Assembly: GCA_013416795.1 (NCBI GenBank)
Contig: RQSC01000314.1
Location: 1-64,000 of the forward strand
Length of the DNA: 64,000 bases
Source of the DNA: Prasinococcaceae sp. CCMP 1430
Lineage: Eukaryota; Plantae; Prasinodermophyta
Direction: 5' to 3'
The notes below the pieces were generated by a model. It was not told the origin of the DNA, did no database searches, and worked only from the letters and a program-made list of their open reading frames with translations. This document shows, in pieces, positions 21,253 through 32,935 of the stretch. The stretch's first letter is position 1. Each line of letters starts with the position of its first letter. Position numbers and translations under genes: made by a program.

Positions 21253-23935
21253 TCAGATGTACGCGGGCTCGTCGGTGGCCAGCTCGTGTGAATTGTGCGG
21301 CACAGCCTCGAGCACGACGCAAGAGTGCTTGAGCACGCGCACATGTCCGAACTCGGCGATCGCCTCTCGCCTGGCGCCGACGAGCGGGACCCCGGCGTTC
21401 ATGAAGTCATCCTGCAGCAAATCACTGCGCAAGAAGTCGAATGGAGCCTCCGCGCCGGTGTCGGCAACGACATCCCACCTGCGGATGGCGTTCGCGAGCG
21501 TGTCAGCAACGCATTCGAGCGGCGGCCCCGCCACGCTCCACCCTGATCGCGCTCGCGCCCGCTGGCTGCTGGCGGCTCGCAGCGCGTACCTCATGCCACC
21601 ACCCAAGTGGGGGAGCTCCAGCGTCCTCGCCACGCCGCCCGCGTTAAACGCTACATATACGTCGCCGCCGCCCTCCTCGAAGAGCCTGAAAGCGCAGAGC
21701 TCCGACGTATCCTCCCAGTCGGGCTGGCCGGCGAAATCTCCATGCCACTCAATTTGATCGTGGCCGGGGAAGTTGCGGCCGCGCAGGCACGCCTTGCTCT
21801 TGCGGAAGGCGACCATCCCCGCCGTGAATCGCAGCATGGCGCGCGCGTCATTGCCACGCGAACCCGCCGAGACGAGCACGTCCCACGGCAGGTAGTTGAC
21901 GTCCGTATCCCAGCAGTACGTGTTGTTGTTACCGCCTTTCGTGTGGTTGATCTCGTCACCCATGTTTATCATGGGAGTGCCATGCGCAAGGAGCAGGGCC
22001 GCCATGAGGTTCCGACGGTTGCGCGCGCGCATGCGACGGACCTCGACGTTCTTCGTCGGACCCTCCTCACCACAGTTCCAGCTGAGGTTGTGTTCCTCAC
22101 CGTCGCGGTTGTTCTCGCCGTTCGCCATGTTGTGGCGCTGCGCGCGGGCGCGATGCGGCGCGGCGCGTCAGCCGGGCACGCACCGGGGTCAGCCGCGGCC
22201 GCTGTCGCCGCGTCACGCGAGCGCGCTCGTGTGGCGACAGCGCGCGCGCGCGCAGCACGCACCTCGTTGAATGCCGTCAGGTCGGCCGTTGTGAACCCGT
22301 CGTGACACGTCACGAAGTTGAGGCTCGCTTTTGGCCCCCTGTCCCCGGGGTACAGGTCGGGCGAGCCGCACATGCGTTTGGCGAAATCGCTGATGGCGCC
22401 GCCGCCGCCCGGCAGCAGCAGGAAGCGCCTGACGTCGTCGCGGAATTTGCCGTTCCACTCGGCCCAGCGCTGGCCGCAGGGGAAGCTGCCGACCTGATAG
22501 AGCCCGCCGGCGTCCCAGGGCTCGGCGAAGAGTTTGACGTGAGCCAACGCCGGGTCGCGCGAGATCGCCTCCACAAGCGGGGGCGCACCGAGGGGCGTGC
22601 CGGTGTACACGCCTCCGCCGTACTCAGCTGCCGCGGCGGGCCTGCCGTCGCCGTCGCCCCCGTGGCCGGAGTGGCCGCCGGTGACGACCGAGCCGTAGGC
22701 GCTCTCGCCGTCCCACCTGGTGCTGGAGCGCGTGAGAATGGACGCGAGGTCGAAGCGGAAGCCGTCCACGCGGCACTCTATTGCCCAGAAGCGCAGGCAG
22801 TCCAGCACAAACTGCCGCGCGAGTGGGGTGTTGCAGTTGAAGGTGTTGCCGCAGCCACTGTAGTTGTAGTGCTCGCCGGCGGGCGCCATCACGTAGTAGG
22901 AGCGCTCGTCGAGCCCACGGAAGGTGACGGAGGGACCCATCTCGTTGCCCTCGGCGGTGTGGTTGAACACCACGTCCAGGATGACCTCAATGCCCAAGCG
23001 GTGGCACTCGCGCACCATCTCCTGCATCTCGCGCAGGGCGGTCAAGGCGCCGTCCCCGGAGCTGTAGCGCGCCATGGGCGCAAAGAACGACAGCGTCGAG
23101 TAGCCCCAGAAGTTGAGGCGCGTGGTGCCGTTGTCGAGCAGCTTGTAGTGCTCCACCTCGTTGAATTCGTAAATGGGCAGCAGCTCCAGTGCGTTCACGC
23201 CCAGGAACGCCAGGTGTGGCAGGGCGTCCTTGACTGCCGCGTACGTGCCCGCCTTGGCATCGCCCTCCTCAGTCTGCCGCAGCGCGGTCAGCCCGCGCAC
23301 GTGCGCCTCGTACACCACCAGGTCCTCGCGCGCGTGGCGCGGCGGTCGCGTGCCCTCCCAGTCGAACTCGGGCAGCTCCACCGTCGCCGCGCCCACCGGT
23401 AACACGCCAGCCATCTGCGGCCACAGGCCGCCCTCCGCTTCAGACGCCACGTCGCCAAACTCGGGCCGCGCGGCCGTGCCCACACCCGGCGCGCGCGGGT
23501 CGACGAGCACGGGGGGCGGGCCGGGCGGGGCGGGCGGCGCGGCGGGCGGCCTGGGGCCGTCGGGCTCCGTCACCCGCCAGCCGTAGTAGCTGTAGTTTCC
23601 CTTCTTCAGCATGTCCGCAGTCAGGCGGCAGTGCCACACGTCGCCGGTGCGATGCTCCTCAGGGGATAGCTCGTGCTCCGCGGACGGCTTGGCATTGCCG
23701 CGCCCGCCGATGAGCGCGTCCTCGCTCCAGAGCACGATCGAGACGCCCCTCGAGGGCGTCGCCACCGCGAGGTTGACGCCGCCGTCAGGCAGCGCCGTCG
23801 CGCCGAGCGGCGCGGGCGCGCCCGCGAGCGTGGACCCGCCCCTGCCCAGCAGCGCGCCCAAGCCCTCTGTGGCACCCCCGAGCGCGCGCTTCCCCCCATC
23901 CCCCCCCCCCTCACCCCCCTTCCTCCTGCCCGCAT
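21253..23935 (-). CDS. ISA1: isoamylase (GH13 debranching enzyme, ISA1-like); introns 22262-22138 and 21589-21479; start uncertain near a poly-G run
   Basis: YEAHVRG, VNALELLPIYEFNE, NFWGYST, LDVVFNHTAEG, VDGFRFDLAS, AEPWDAGGLYQVG, NFVTCHDGFT, NNNTYC. Subfamily assignment is inferred. Confidence 0.92.
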
Positions 23936-24675
23936 CCTATCCTCGCGCGCTCGGTCCCGCTCTAAACCCCCGCAAACACCAGAATACTGTATTTCATCAA
24001 ACCAAAACGAACAAAATCCCATCAAAATGCCCCGAATAAACATCGGAATTGACGCACTCCGCGCTTTGTCGCTTTCGGCTTTCGCGCGCCCTTTTCGGCT
24101 TCCGCGGGTGACCTGGCGCGCGCCGCGCGCGCGCCGCGCGCCCCCCCTCGCGCCCCCGGTTTCATCCCCGATTCGACCCCGGTCTCGCGGGGTAATGACC
24201 CGGTACGGCCCGCGGGGAACCGTCGCCAGACCCGGTTCGACGACCAACCCTAGCGGCGCCGGGCCGGAGCAGCGCGCCTGCGCCTGGGACCGCGCCGCCT
24301 TTTTTTTTTTTTCGCGGAGTGGTTTGCCTGGACGGATTTGATCGCACATTATATGGGAAATGAGTGCGACGTGCACAGACGGTGAGGGGGGTTCGCGCTG
24401 GACGTACCGAACAATACATGGGAAAAAGAGGTTTAAAACTTTTTGGTTCTTTTTTTTTTTGGCGCGAGGCGTGAGTGGCGGCGGCTGTGGCGGCTGCGCG
24501 GGCGCGTGCGCGGGCGCGGGTGGGCGGCGGGAGGCACAGCCGCGAGAAAAAGAGCGCGCGCGCCCCGCGTGCGGGCGGAGTCGTCGTCGTCAGTGGGCGG
24601 TTGCCGCGCATAGCGGTGGGCGTGCGTGCGTGCGTGCGTGGCGCTGCCGGCCGTCGTGTGTCGTACGGAGGCACC

Positions 24676-25803
24676 ATGCTGCGCTTCGAGGGCGCGCGCC
24701 ACTTTCGCGCGCGCCTGCTCGCGGCGTGCCTCACCGGCCGTGGCATCCGCATAGACCGCATCCGCGAGGCGGCGGCGACGCCCGGGCTGCGCACGCATGA
24801 GGCGTCAATGCTGCGCCTGCTGGAGAAGGTGCTCGTCGGCGCGGAGGTTGTCATCAATGAAACGGGCACGTCACTGACGTTTCGACCCGGCCTCATGGGC
24901 GGCGGCGCGGTGTCGCACGCGTGCAGCGGGCGTGCCATCGGCTACTTCCTGGAGCCGCTGGTCGCGCTGGCGCTGTTCGGCAAAAAGGAGCTGCGCGCGA
25001 CACTCAAGGGCGTGACCAACGACGACGTGGACGTGAGTGTGGACGCAGTGCGCATGGCGCTGCTACCGCTCGTGCGCCGCTTCGGCGTTGAGGAGCGCGT
25101 GGAGCTCGAGGTTCGCTCCCGCGGCTGCTGGCCGGCCGGCGGCGGCGAGGTCGCTCTGCGGGTGCCTCCGGCGCGCGCGCTGCGACCTCTGGAGCTCACC
25201 GAGGAGGGGTTGGTCAAGCGCGTGCGCGGCGTGGCGTACGCCTGCCGCGTCAGCCCGCAGATGGCCAACCGCATGGCCGGCGCCGCGCGAGGCGTTCTGA
25301 ATCGCCTGCTGCCGGACGTGTTCATCGTGACCGACCACGCGAAGGGCGCCACGGGCGGTGCCTCTGCGGGCTACGGAGTACTGCTCCTCGCCGAGACCAC
25401 CGCCGGCGTGACGTACTGCGTGGAGGTGGCCGCGTCGCCGCGCGCGGACGCGAGCGGCACCGCGGGCGGCGGCGGTGCTGGCGGCGCGCAGCATGGGGGG
25501 GAAATGGAGGCGCCAGAGGACCTCGGCAAGGTCGCGGCCGAGCAACTGCTGGAAGAGATAGCACGCGGGGGATGCGTGGACAGCGAACGCCAACCGTTCG
25601 TGCTAACGCTGGCGGCAGCGTGCCCCGGCGGTGCGTCACGTCTGCGCCTCGGGCCTCTCTCCGAGCAGGCAGTCGAGATGCTGCGCATCTTACGCGATGT
25701 GATGGGCGTCACGTACCGCTTAGATGCCGAGCCAAACACCAAAACGGTCATTGCCGCGTGCGTGGGCGCGGGCGTGAAGAACGCTGCCGCGAGGTATCAC
25801 TAG
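24676..25803 (+). CDS. RCL1: RNA 3'-terminal phosphate cyclase-like protein (18S rRNA biogenesis)
   Basis: MLRFEGARHFRARL..LTGRGIRIDRIR..PGLRTHEASMLRLLEK, SRGCWPAGGGEV, RVSPQMANR, PEDLG, GGCVDS, CVGAG. Confidence 0.93.
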   Translation: MLRFEGARHFRARLLAACLTGRGIRIDRIREAAATPGLRTHEASMLRLLEKVLVGAEVVINETGTSLTFRPGLMGGGAVSHACSGRAIGYFLEPLVALALFGKKELRATLKGVTNDDVDVSVDAVRMALLPLVRRFGVEERVELEVRSRGCWPAGGGEVALRVPPARALRPLELTEEGLVKRVRGVAYACRVSPQMANRMAGAARGVLNRLLPDVFIVTDHAKGATGGASAGYGVLLLAETTAGVTYCVEVAASPRADASGTAGGGGAGGAQHGGEMEAPEDLGKVAAEQLLEEIARGGCVDSERQPFVLTLAAACPGGASRLRLGPLSEQAVEMLRILRDVMGVTYRLDAEPNTKTVIAACVGAGVKNAAARYH

Positions 25804-25945
25804 CACCCTCCCCCAACTCCCAACCCCACCGCACCCTGCTGCTGCTGCTGCTGCGCGCGCGCACGAGCCGTGTGCATGCGAATGTAATTATGTATTGCCT
25901 CAACGTGGGAGTCGCTCGCGCCGCTCGCTGAGCACGCCGCGCACA

Positions 25946-28378
25946 TCACTCGACGAGCGGGGGGAAGCCGCTGTCGGGCTTGGATCGCAGCGGGGTAGGC
26001 GTGTGCACGCGCACCTCTGGCTTCTTCGCCTCGGCTGTCAACTCGGCCTTGCTGGCTGCTCCTTCACCCCCCGCCGCGCTAGCGGCACTGTCGGCCTTGG
26101 CTTTGCCATCGGGAACCGCCGAACCCGGATGGAGGCCTTGGTGGCCGCCGAAGCGGCTGGGTGGGTGCCACAGGTGGTAATAGAACGGCTCCTTGGAGCG
26201 GTAGACTTGGTAGCCGGCCTTCTCGAAGCGCGTCATCAGGTCGGTGTCCTCGGTGCCGTAGCCAGTGATGGTCTCGTCGTAGGATCCCACTGCTATGAGG
26301 TCACTCAGGTAGGCGGCCATCATGCCGGAGCCCTCAGAGCGCCACCAGCCCTGGCCATACAAGTGCTGGGGCCTGTTCCACGGGACGCCCTTGGCCTTCG
26401 CGGCAGCGACGAGCGTGTCACGGCTGCGCCCCTGGTGAAAGGAGAAGCACACAGGCACGAACACGCGCCGACCGGGAACGACGCGCGCGAGGATCGTGGA
26501 GACGAAGTCTGGAGGCAGCTCCATGTCCGTGTCCACGGCGAAGACGACCTCATCGCGCTCGCCCGCCGACGCCGCGTCCGCGGCGATCTTGTCGATGCCG
26601 GCCCTCAGCGCGATTGCGCGCGACCCATTGAACGACTCGTGGCTGCGGTCGATGCGGTCGATGCGCACCCCGGCGTCGGCCGCCGCTGCCAGCGCGGGCG
26701 CGCGCACCTCTGCAGGGCTGTAGTCCACCAGCACCAGCCGGAAGTCGCCGCGCAGCGCGGCCGCACGTGCCACGAAGCCCTCAAACTCCTCCTTGCGCTC
26801 GTACAGGGGCATGACCATGTGCACAGTCTGCGCACGCGCACCCTCACGGCGCGGCCTCGCTGCGGTGAGCTCGTGCACGATCGGCGGTATGCGCACATCG
26901 GCGAACGTCACCATGTGCAGGGTCACCGCATTGGCGAGGGGATCGCCGCGCACGGCGAGGTCCATCGTGTATTCGACCGTGTGCTTCGACACGTCCGCCG
27001 CGCGGTCGATGCGCTCCCAACGCGCGAGCGAGAGCGGCGCGATGGGCTCCGGCGCGGCGCGCTCACCCTCGCCGGCCCAGCCGGCGCCCGCGGCTGCGAC
27101 AGCGTCGGCGGCACGGTTGTCGTTCAGCTGCGAGATAGCGTACGCGGCGACGCGCTGCAGCTCGACCTTGTCGACGTCCGAGATGGCGAAGCTCTCATCG
27201 TTCAGCAGCGCGTCGGCCTCGAGGCGCACGCCCGTGCGTTCGCCGTGCGGCAGCTCGGCCTGCGAGAGCCCCGCCGCCGCAGCGCCCTCCCTCCCGCGCG
27301 CCTCAACGGCGATCCAACTAGACTCCCACGCGCGACGCGTGTCGAAGCCCGGGAAGGGCGGCCCCAGGCCGTGCTTGTCGAGGACGTCCTTCCAGCGGTT
27401 GAACAGGTCGCCCTTGGAAGAGATGCCCGCGTCGACGTAGTACTTGTGCTGGAAATCGCCCTCGACCTTGACGCCACTGCCACCGCGCCGCACGAGGCTC
27501 AGCCACATGTCGTAATCCTGCAGGCGCTTGAGCTCGCCGTCGAAGCCGGGCCAAAAGCTCGCCGTGCGCACGAGCGTGAGCGTGTCCACGTACGGCTGGC
27601 GCTCCATGAGCGCGGCGTCGAACTGCGCCGCGCGGTGCAGGAAGTTGTGCGGCTGCCAGTGCGACTCGGCGCGAAGCACGATGCCCCAGTAGTCTGTGTA
27701 GGCGAAATCGACGCTCGGCGCGGCCTCGAGCGCCGCGTGTAGCGCCGCGAGCGCGTCGGCGGCCATGACGCAGTCGTCGTCCCAGAAGAAGAGATACGGC
27801 TGCGTGGCCTTGCGCGCGCCGGCGTTGCGCTTGCAGTTGGCGATCGCGGTGCCGCGCTTGAGGCACTCGGGCGGGTTGCCAGCCTCGACGATCACCTCCG
27901 CCGGCGCGTTGGCCTCGATCGCCGGCACAACGTACTTCTCGAAGAAGCCGAGGCGCTTCGGCCCCAGCGGAATGACCACCGACACAGGCAGCGGCGGGCG
28001 CGCCGATGAGGAAGCCCAGGAAGAGGCCGTTGGACACCACCACCACCAGCTCCGCCCAGTTGCGCCGGAGCAGCCTGAATTCGCGTGAGAGCAGCATGCG
28101 AGTCTGGAAGAGGGCTCCTTGCGGTTGCCGCTGAGAGCGGGGGAGCGCACGCAGTGCGGCCTTCTGCTCGGCGATTATCTCGCTGAAGGGGCGCAGCGGC
28201 GGCGGCGAAGCGGCGGCATCAGCAGCGGCCTCCTCACCCGCCTCGCCGTCCTCTTTGTCGACCTCGTGTTCGGCGCCACCGTTCGTGTCTCCGCCTTCCT
28301 CCGAGTCGCGGTCATCTCGGGGGCTGATCTCGGCATCAGGCCTCTCTTCGGCGGTGTCGCCGCCATTTGCATTCTCCT
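25946..28378 (-). CDS. type II membrane two-domain glycosyltransferase (GT2-like + chondroitin synthase/CHGN-like); 5' end lost at N28379, one frameshift near 27990-28005
   Basis: GT2: VSVVIP..RNAGARKATQPYLFFWDDDC..LQDYDMWL. CHGN-like: VHMVMPL..FAVDTDM..VFVPVCFS..GWWRSEGSGM..YDETITGYGTEDTDL..YYHLWHP. TM segment LVVVVSNGLFLGFLIG lies in the adjacent frame. Confidence 0.8.
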
Positions 28379-28379
28379 N

Positions 28380-29496
28380 GACGCCGGCTGGCGCGCTCGC
28401 CGCGGCGGCGCTCGTGCGCGGCGCGTCGGCCGGCGAGGCCGGCAAGGCTGACGTCGCCGCCGCCGCCGTGGAGGGGGCGCAGCGAGGCGCCAACACGGGT
28501 GGCATCAGCAGCGCCCCCAACGAGATCCACGTGCTCGTGACGTCGAACGGCTCGCCGTACCTCAACTTCCAGACGCGCATCATGTACGGCACGTACAAGA
28601 AGGTGCGCGACCTGCCGGGCAGCGAGCTGCGGTACTTCACGCGGCTGCTCCACCGCAGCGATGACGACATCCTCATGGGCGAGGTGCCCACCGTCCGCGT
28701 GGACCCGCTCACGCCCAAGTGCGACCAGTGGTGCGAGTTCCCCGTCTCGGACCGCCCGGACGCCGTCGCCAAGTGGCTCGCGACGGACGACGCGAAGGAG
28801 GGCACGCACGTGCTCATGATCGAGACTGACTACGTGTGGATGAAGCCGATATCCGTGCCCGCGGAGATGGCCGCAGGCGGCGCGGTGTCGTACTCGTTCT
28901 CGTACATCTCGCCCAGCGCCCAGACGCACCGCATGGACAAGCTGTGGAAGACGGAGTTCCCCGACAAGGAGGTGCCGATCAAGTCGGTGCCACCGAGCGG
29001 GCCCGCGCCGGCGCTCCTCCGCACGGCCGACCTGCGCAGCATCACGCCGTACTGGGTGCGCTTCACTGCTGCCATCGAGGCCGACAAGGCCTTGAAGGAC
29101 GCCCTCGGGTGGGTGCGCGAGATGTACGCGTACTCGCTGGCAGCCGCGGCGGCCGGGGTGAAGCACCACACCAAGGCCGCCAACGCGGGCGGTATGCTCA
29201 TCGCGCAGCCGCCCAGCGACACCAAGCCCTACCAGGCGGCCATGTACCACTACACCTGGGGCACGCAGTTCAAGAACAAGACTGGCAAGGTGGTGTGGGA
29301 GTTCGACAAGCGCAAGTATACGGCGCCCGAGTACGTGACCAACCCGCGCGAGCTCGAGCTCCCGCCGGGCGACGTCGAGGGCCTCACGCAGCAGTTCCCG
29401 CGCGACGGCATGGCCGTCGACAAGGACACGCGCGACACGCTCGCCGACATGATTGGTCGCATGAACGCGGTGCTGCGCGAGCTGCCGCCGCTGTGA
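28380..29496 (+). CDS. hydroxyproline O-arabinosyltransferase-like (GT95/HPAT), 5' truncated at N28379
   Basis: HVLVTSNGSPYLNFQTRIMY, FTRLLH, RPDAVAKWL, VLMIETDYVWMKP, GWVREMYAYSLAAA, YHYTWG, WEFDKR. Confidence 0.88.
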
Positions 29497-29818
29497 GCGC
29501 GCGGCGCCGGCGGTGCTCGCCTTGTCAAATTTTGTCCCAGCGAATGCATCACTCGGTCAGTACCGCCGGGGGGGGGGTGGGGGGGCGGTCCCTGGCGCGG
29601 TGCGCGTCGGCGTGGCCGCGTGGGGTTGCGTGCTGATCAGACAGACGGGGGGGAGGGGAAGCGCCCCTCCGTCCTTCGTAGGTTTACATCACTTCCCGCG
29701 AGCGCATTGACCAGCCGGTCCACGGCAGCGTTGTGCAGCGGCTCGGGCTCGCCGGCGCGCGAGCTCGCGCGGCCCCTCGCGGCCGCATCTGTTTTCTAAG
29801 GTGCGGCGACGGCCTCGC

Positions 29819-30590
29819 CTAGCCGCTGAAGCCCACCGAGCCGACGAAGGCGTCCGTGCCGGGCACCGCGGGCACGGCCGGGGCGTCCTTGGCCTTCTTG
29901 GCGGCGGCGTCCTTGTCCTTCGGCTTGCGGGGCTTGTAGCTGCCGCGCAGCTTGCGGACGACGAGCTCCTTCTGGCCGGTGGCCTCGTCGAGCTCGCGCG
30001 CGAAGCGCATGCCGTCGCCGGCGCCGAGCACGAGCTCGGCGGTGGTGGCCACGGCGTCGTCGCCGACGAGCTGGCCGCCCACCACGGTGCCGTCGGGCTT
30101 GGCGAGGGCGATGTGGAGGTGCGCGTCGCCGCACGACGAGATGGTGCCGGCGAGCGAGACGATCTCGACGGGCCCCTGCACCATCATGAAGCGCTCGTTG
30201 CCCGGCGCGGAGCCGGCCAGGCGCAGCTTCGCGCCGTTGAGGGTGCCCACGCAGGTGGTCACCCACGCGCTCTGCACGCCCGACTTGTTGACGGTCGCGC
30301 AGACCTCCTCCTTGAGGTTCTGGCCCGGCTTGAGGCGCGCGCACAGCGTGCGGTTGTTTGGGGTCCACGCGGTGCCGGGCACCTTCTTGGGGGCGCCCGG
30401 GGTGCGCTTGTTGTCGTAGGCCCTGAGCGCCTCGTCGGACGACTTGTAGGGCTTCACCCACTCGGCGAGCGTCGTGATCGCCAGGTCGTACTCGCGCGCG
30501 AGCTGCGTGATGAGGCCGTGCTTGCGCTTGCCCGACTTCTGGAAGGCCGAGGCCGCGAAGCACTTCTTGATGGCCGCGCGCGCCGAGGCG
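29819..30590 (-). CDS. PPC (DUF296) domain protein with an N-terminal HTH-like segment; start codon not found
   Basis: RLKPGQNL..CVGTL..LRLAG..EIVSLAGTIS..HLHIALAKPDGTVVGGQL (PPC); LITQLAREYDLAITTLAEWVK (HTH-like). Strong GC3 bias. Confidence 0.8.
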
Positions 30591-30699
30591 GGGTCGCGGC
30601 GCACGCGCGGGCCGCGGCGGACGGGGAAGGGGAGCCAAGGGCCGCGCGGGAGGGCAGGCGGGCCCGGCGCTGGGAGTATCGACAGCAGGGCAGCGCCGT

Positions 30700-32839
30700 T
30701 GATGCCCCCAAGTGCGCGGGGGTGCAGCAGCCTCGGCCGACGGAGGAGGCGGAGGCGCGAACTCGTCCGTCCTACGCCGACTCGCCAGTGGCCGCGCTGC
30801 TGCGCAGCGACGAGCGAGCGCCCCCGCCGCGACGGACGCAGTGTGAGGGAAGCGATGCCGACGAAAGGGGTCGTTGGGGACGCTCTGTAGCTCGCAGCCT
30901 TTCGCTCTGCCAGAGGCAGCCCGGCGACGGAGACGGCACGGCGCGTGATGCAGACAATCGTGTGGGAGGTGACGCAGACTTGGTGAGCGACGAATGTGAT
31001 TGCCGCGACGGCAAGGCGAGCGCCGAAGAGGCAGCAGCGAGCCCCGTCAGCAATGATGGCGATGCCACCGACCGCACGGACGGCACGCCGAGCACTACAG
31101 GCGCGGGATTTGCGGCCCTGCCACCGTCGTGCGACGGCACCTCTGTCGCGTCTGAGCGAGGACCTGCGCAACATCTGATTTGCGACGCCATCGGCGCTCG
31201 CGCGCTCGCGGCGTATGTCGCGGCCGAAGTCGTACGCGAGATGCGAGCGCTGCGTCCCGGCGACGCCAATGCCAACACCAGCGCTGGTGCTGGCGAGTGT
31301 CGAGAGGTCCGCAGCACAGATCGCAACGCAGGCGCAGGCGTGCAAACAAAGGACTCGCCATCGGGCGCAAAGGCTGAAGACGCGGTGGATGCCGCCGCTG
31401 CTTTTAGCGGCGCCCTGCGTCGCCACGCCGACGAGCTGGCAGCGCAGTGTGAGTGGGAGATACTGACATGTCTGCGCAATGAGAACGCTGCGCTGAAGGT
31501 GCGTCCACCTCGCTCGCTCGCTCGCCCTGGTACACACTGATTCAAGTTCTGCGTGCGCATGCGCGGCGCCGCTGACTGGCGACGCGCTGTGACCTACGTC
31601 ACCCCCCTGGGCGGACGAACCGGCCAATAGCGGCGCAACGCCGCTCTCGCGGAGAACCCCGGGCGCGCATGGGTGAGCGTGCAGATGGCCGCGGCAGCAG
31701 AGACGCAGCGGGTTTTGCGCGCGGAGTTGAACGCGGCGCACGAGGCGCTGCAGGCTGCGGGCGTGCGCCTGGACGAGAGCGAGACGATGAGCAGCCTTGG
31801 GGGCAGCAGCATGGGCGGCGCAGGCTCGCTCTCGCCATCGAATGGCGGCACCGGCGAATCTGGAACCGCTGATGCGGCTTGTGGTGATATCGCTCCTTCG
31901 CCAGAATTTTGCTCGCCAGGCACAGGGCATCGCAACTTGGACAACGACGGCAAGGGCGCGGCAGATCATGATGTTCTGCCGCCGCCGTCTGAAGCGCAGC
32001 TCCACGCTGCACTGTCGCTGGTCGAAAACGCCCGCCGCGTGCAGGCCATGCGCATTGCCGTCCTCGAGCGCCGCCTGAGCGAGGTGGACGCCGCACGCGC
32101 GGCAGCCGTGGCGAGGTTGCGCGCTCTGCAGGCAGCAATAAAGTGTGACGATGCGCCGAGCGTCGACCTCGGCTCTCCTCACAGAGCGCTCCTCAGTTTT
32201 GCCTCCGCGGAGATGGCATCCATTGCATCCGTCCTAAACCGGCGCGACAACGAGGCCGCCAATTCGACGGAGCGCAAGACGCTCGGGAATGGCCACGTGC
32301 GTGACCGTGTTGCAGGAGGGGAGCAGGGCACGGGGTCACCGATGAAGCTCGCGACTGTTGACGAGGCTTGGTCAGACTCCGAGCTGGAGGCGAGTGTGTC
32401 ATCTGAGAGCGCCCACGAAGTCGTCGAGTCTCCGACCCTGCTAACGCCGCGGGACCACAACTGTGACGGCGGCGAGCACCCCGCAAATGGTATTGCGCTT
32501 CCACCGCCAACGGCGAAGAGTTGCGTTGCCGCTGCCGCCAACGCTGCGACTGTGCATGGGAGCGATTCCTGGACCTCGTCTTCCTCACTGCGTGGCGACG
32601 GCACTGAGCACCATGATGCATACGCGACGCCCGCGTCTCTCAGCTGGCGGGAGGTGATGCTCGGCGCACAGCCTCGGGAGGAGGAATCTGCTCCGGTATT
32701 CGTCGCACCTTCGACTGGCACGCTCATGGCGTGCGAGGACTCGGAGCTCGATGAGCTCGACAGCACGTTGGCCGCGCTCATGACGCGCATCGCTGACCTG
32801 CAGGGGGAATTCGACGATGGTGCGGCTATCATGGTGTGA
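30700..32839 (+). CDS. hypothetical low-complexity/coiled-coil protein; intron 31499-31684; start not found
   Basis: Phase-0 GT-AG intron joins LRNENAALK to MAAAAETQRVLRAEL; heptad-like segments; C-terminal ELDELDSTLAAL. Confidence 0.5.
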
Positions 32840-32935
32840 GGAAGAACGCCATCCATCCATGGTCGATGCCGGCGTCCCCATTATTTTACAGTGTGTCACG
32901 TACATCGGTAAGGCGGCCCTACATCCAACGGCGGC

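Noticed and set aside
28000-28200. ABCG-transporter-like reading (LFQTRMLLSREFRLLRRNW...GLFLGFLIG)
   Set aside because: No further ABC2 membrane helices follow. It is better explained as the signal anchor of the downstream glycosyltransferase.
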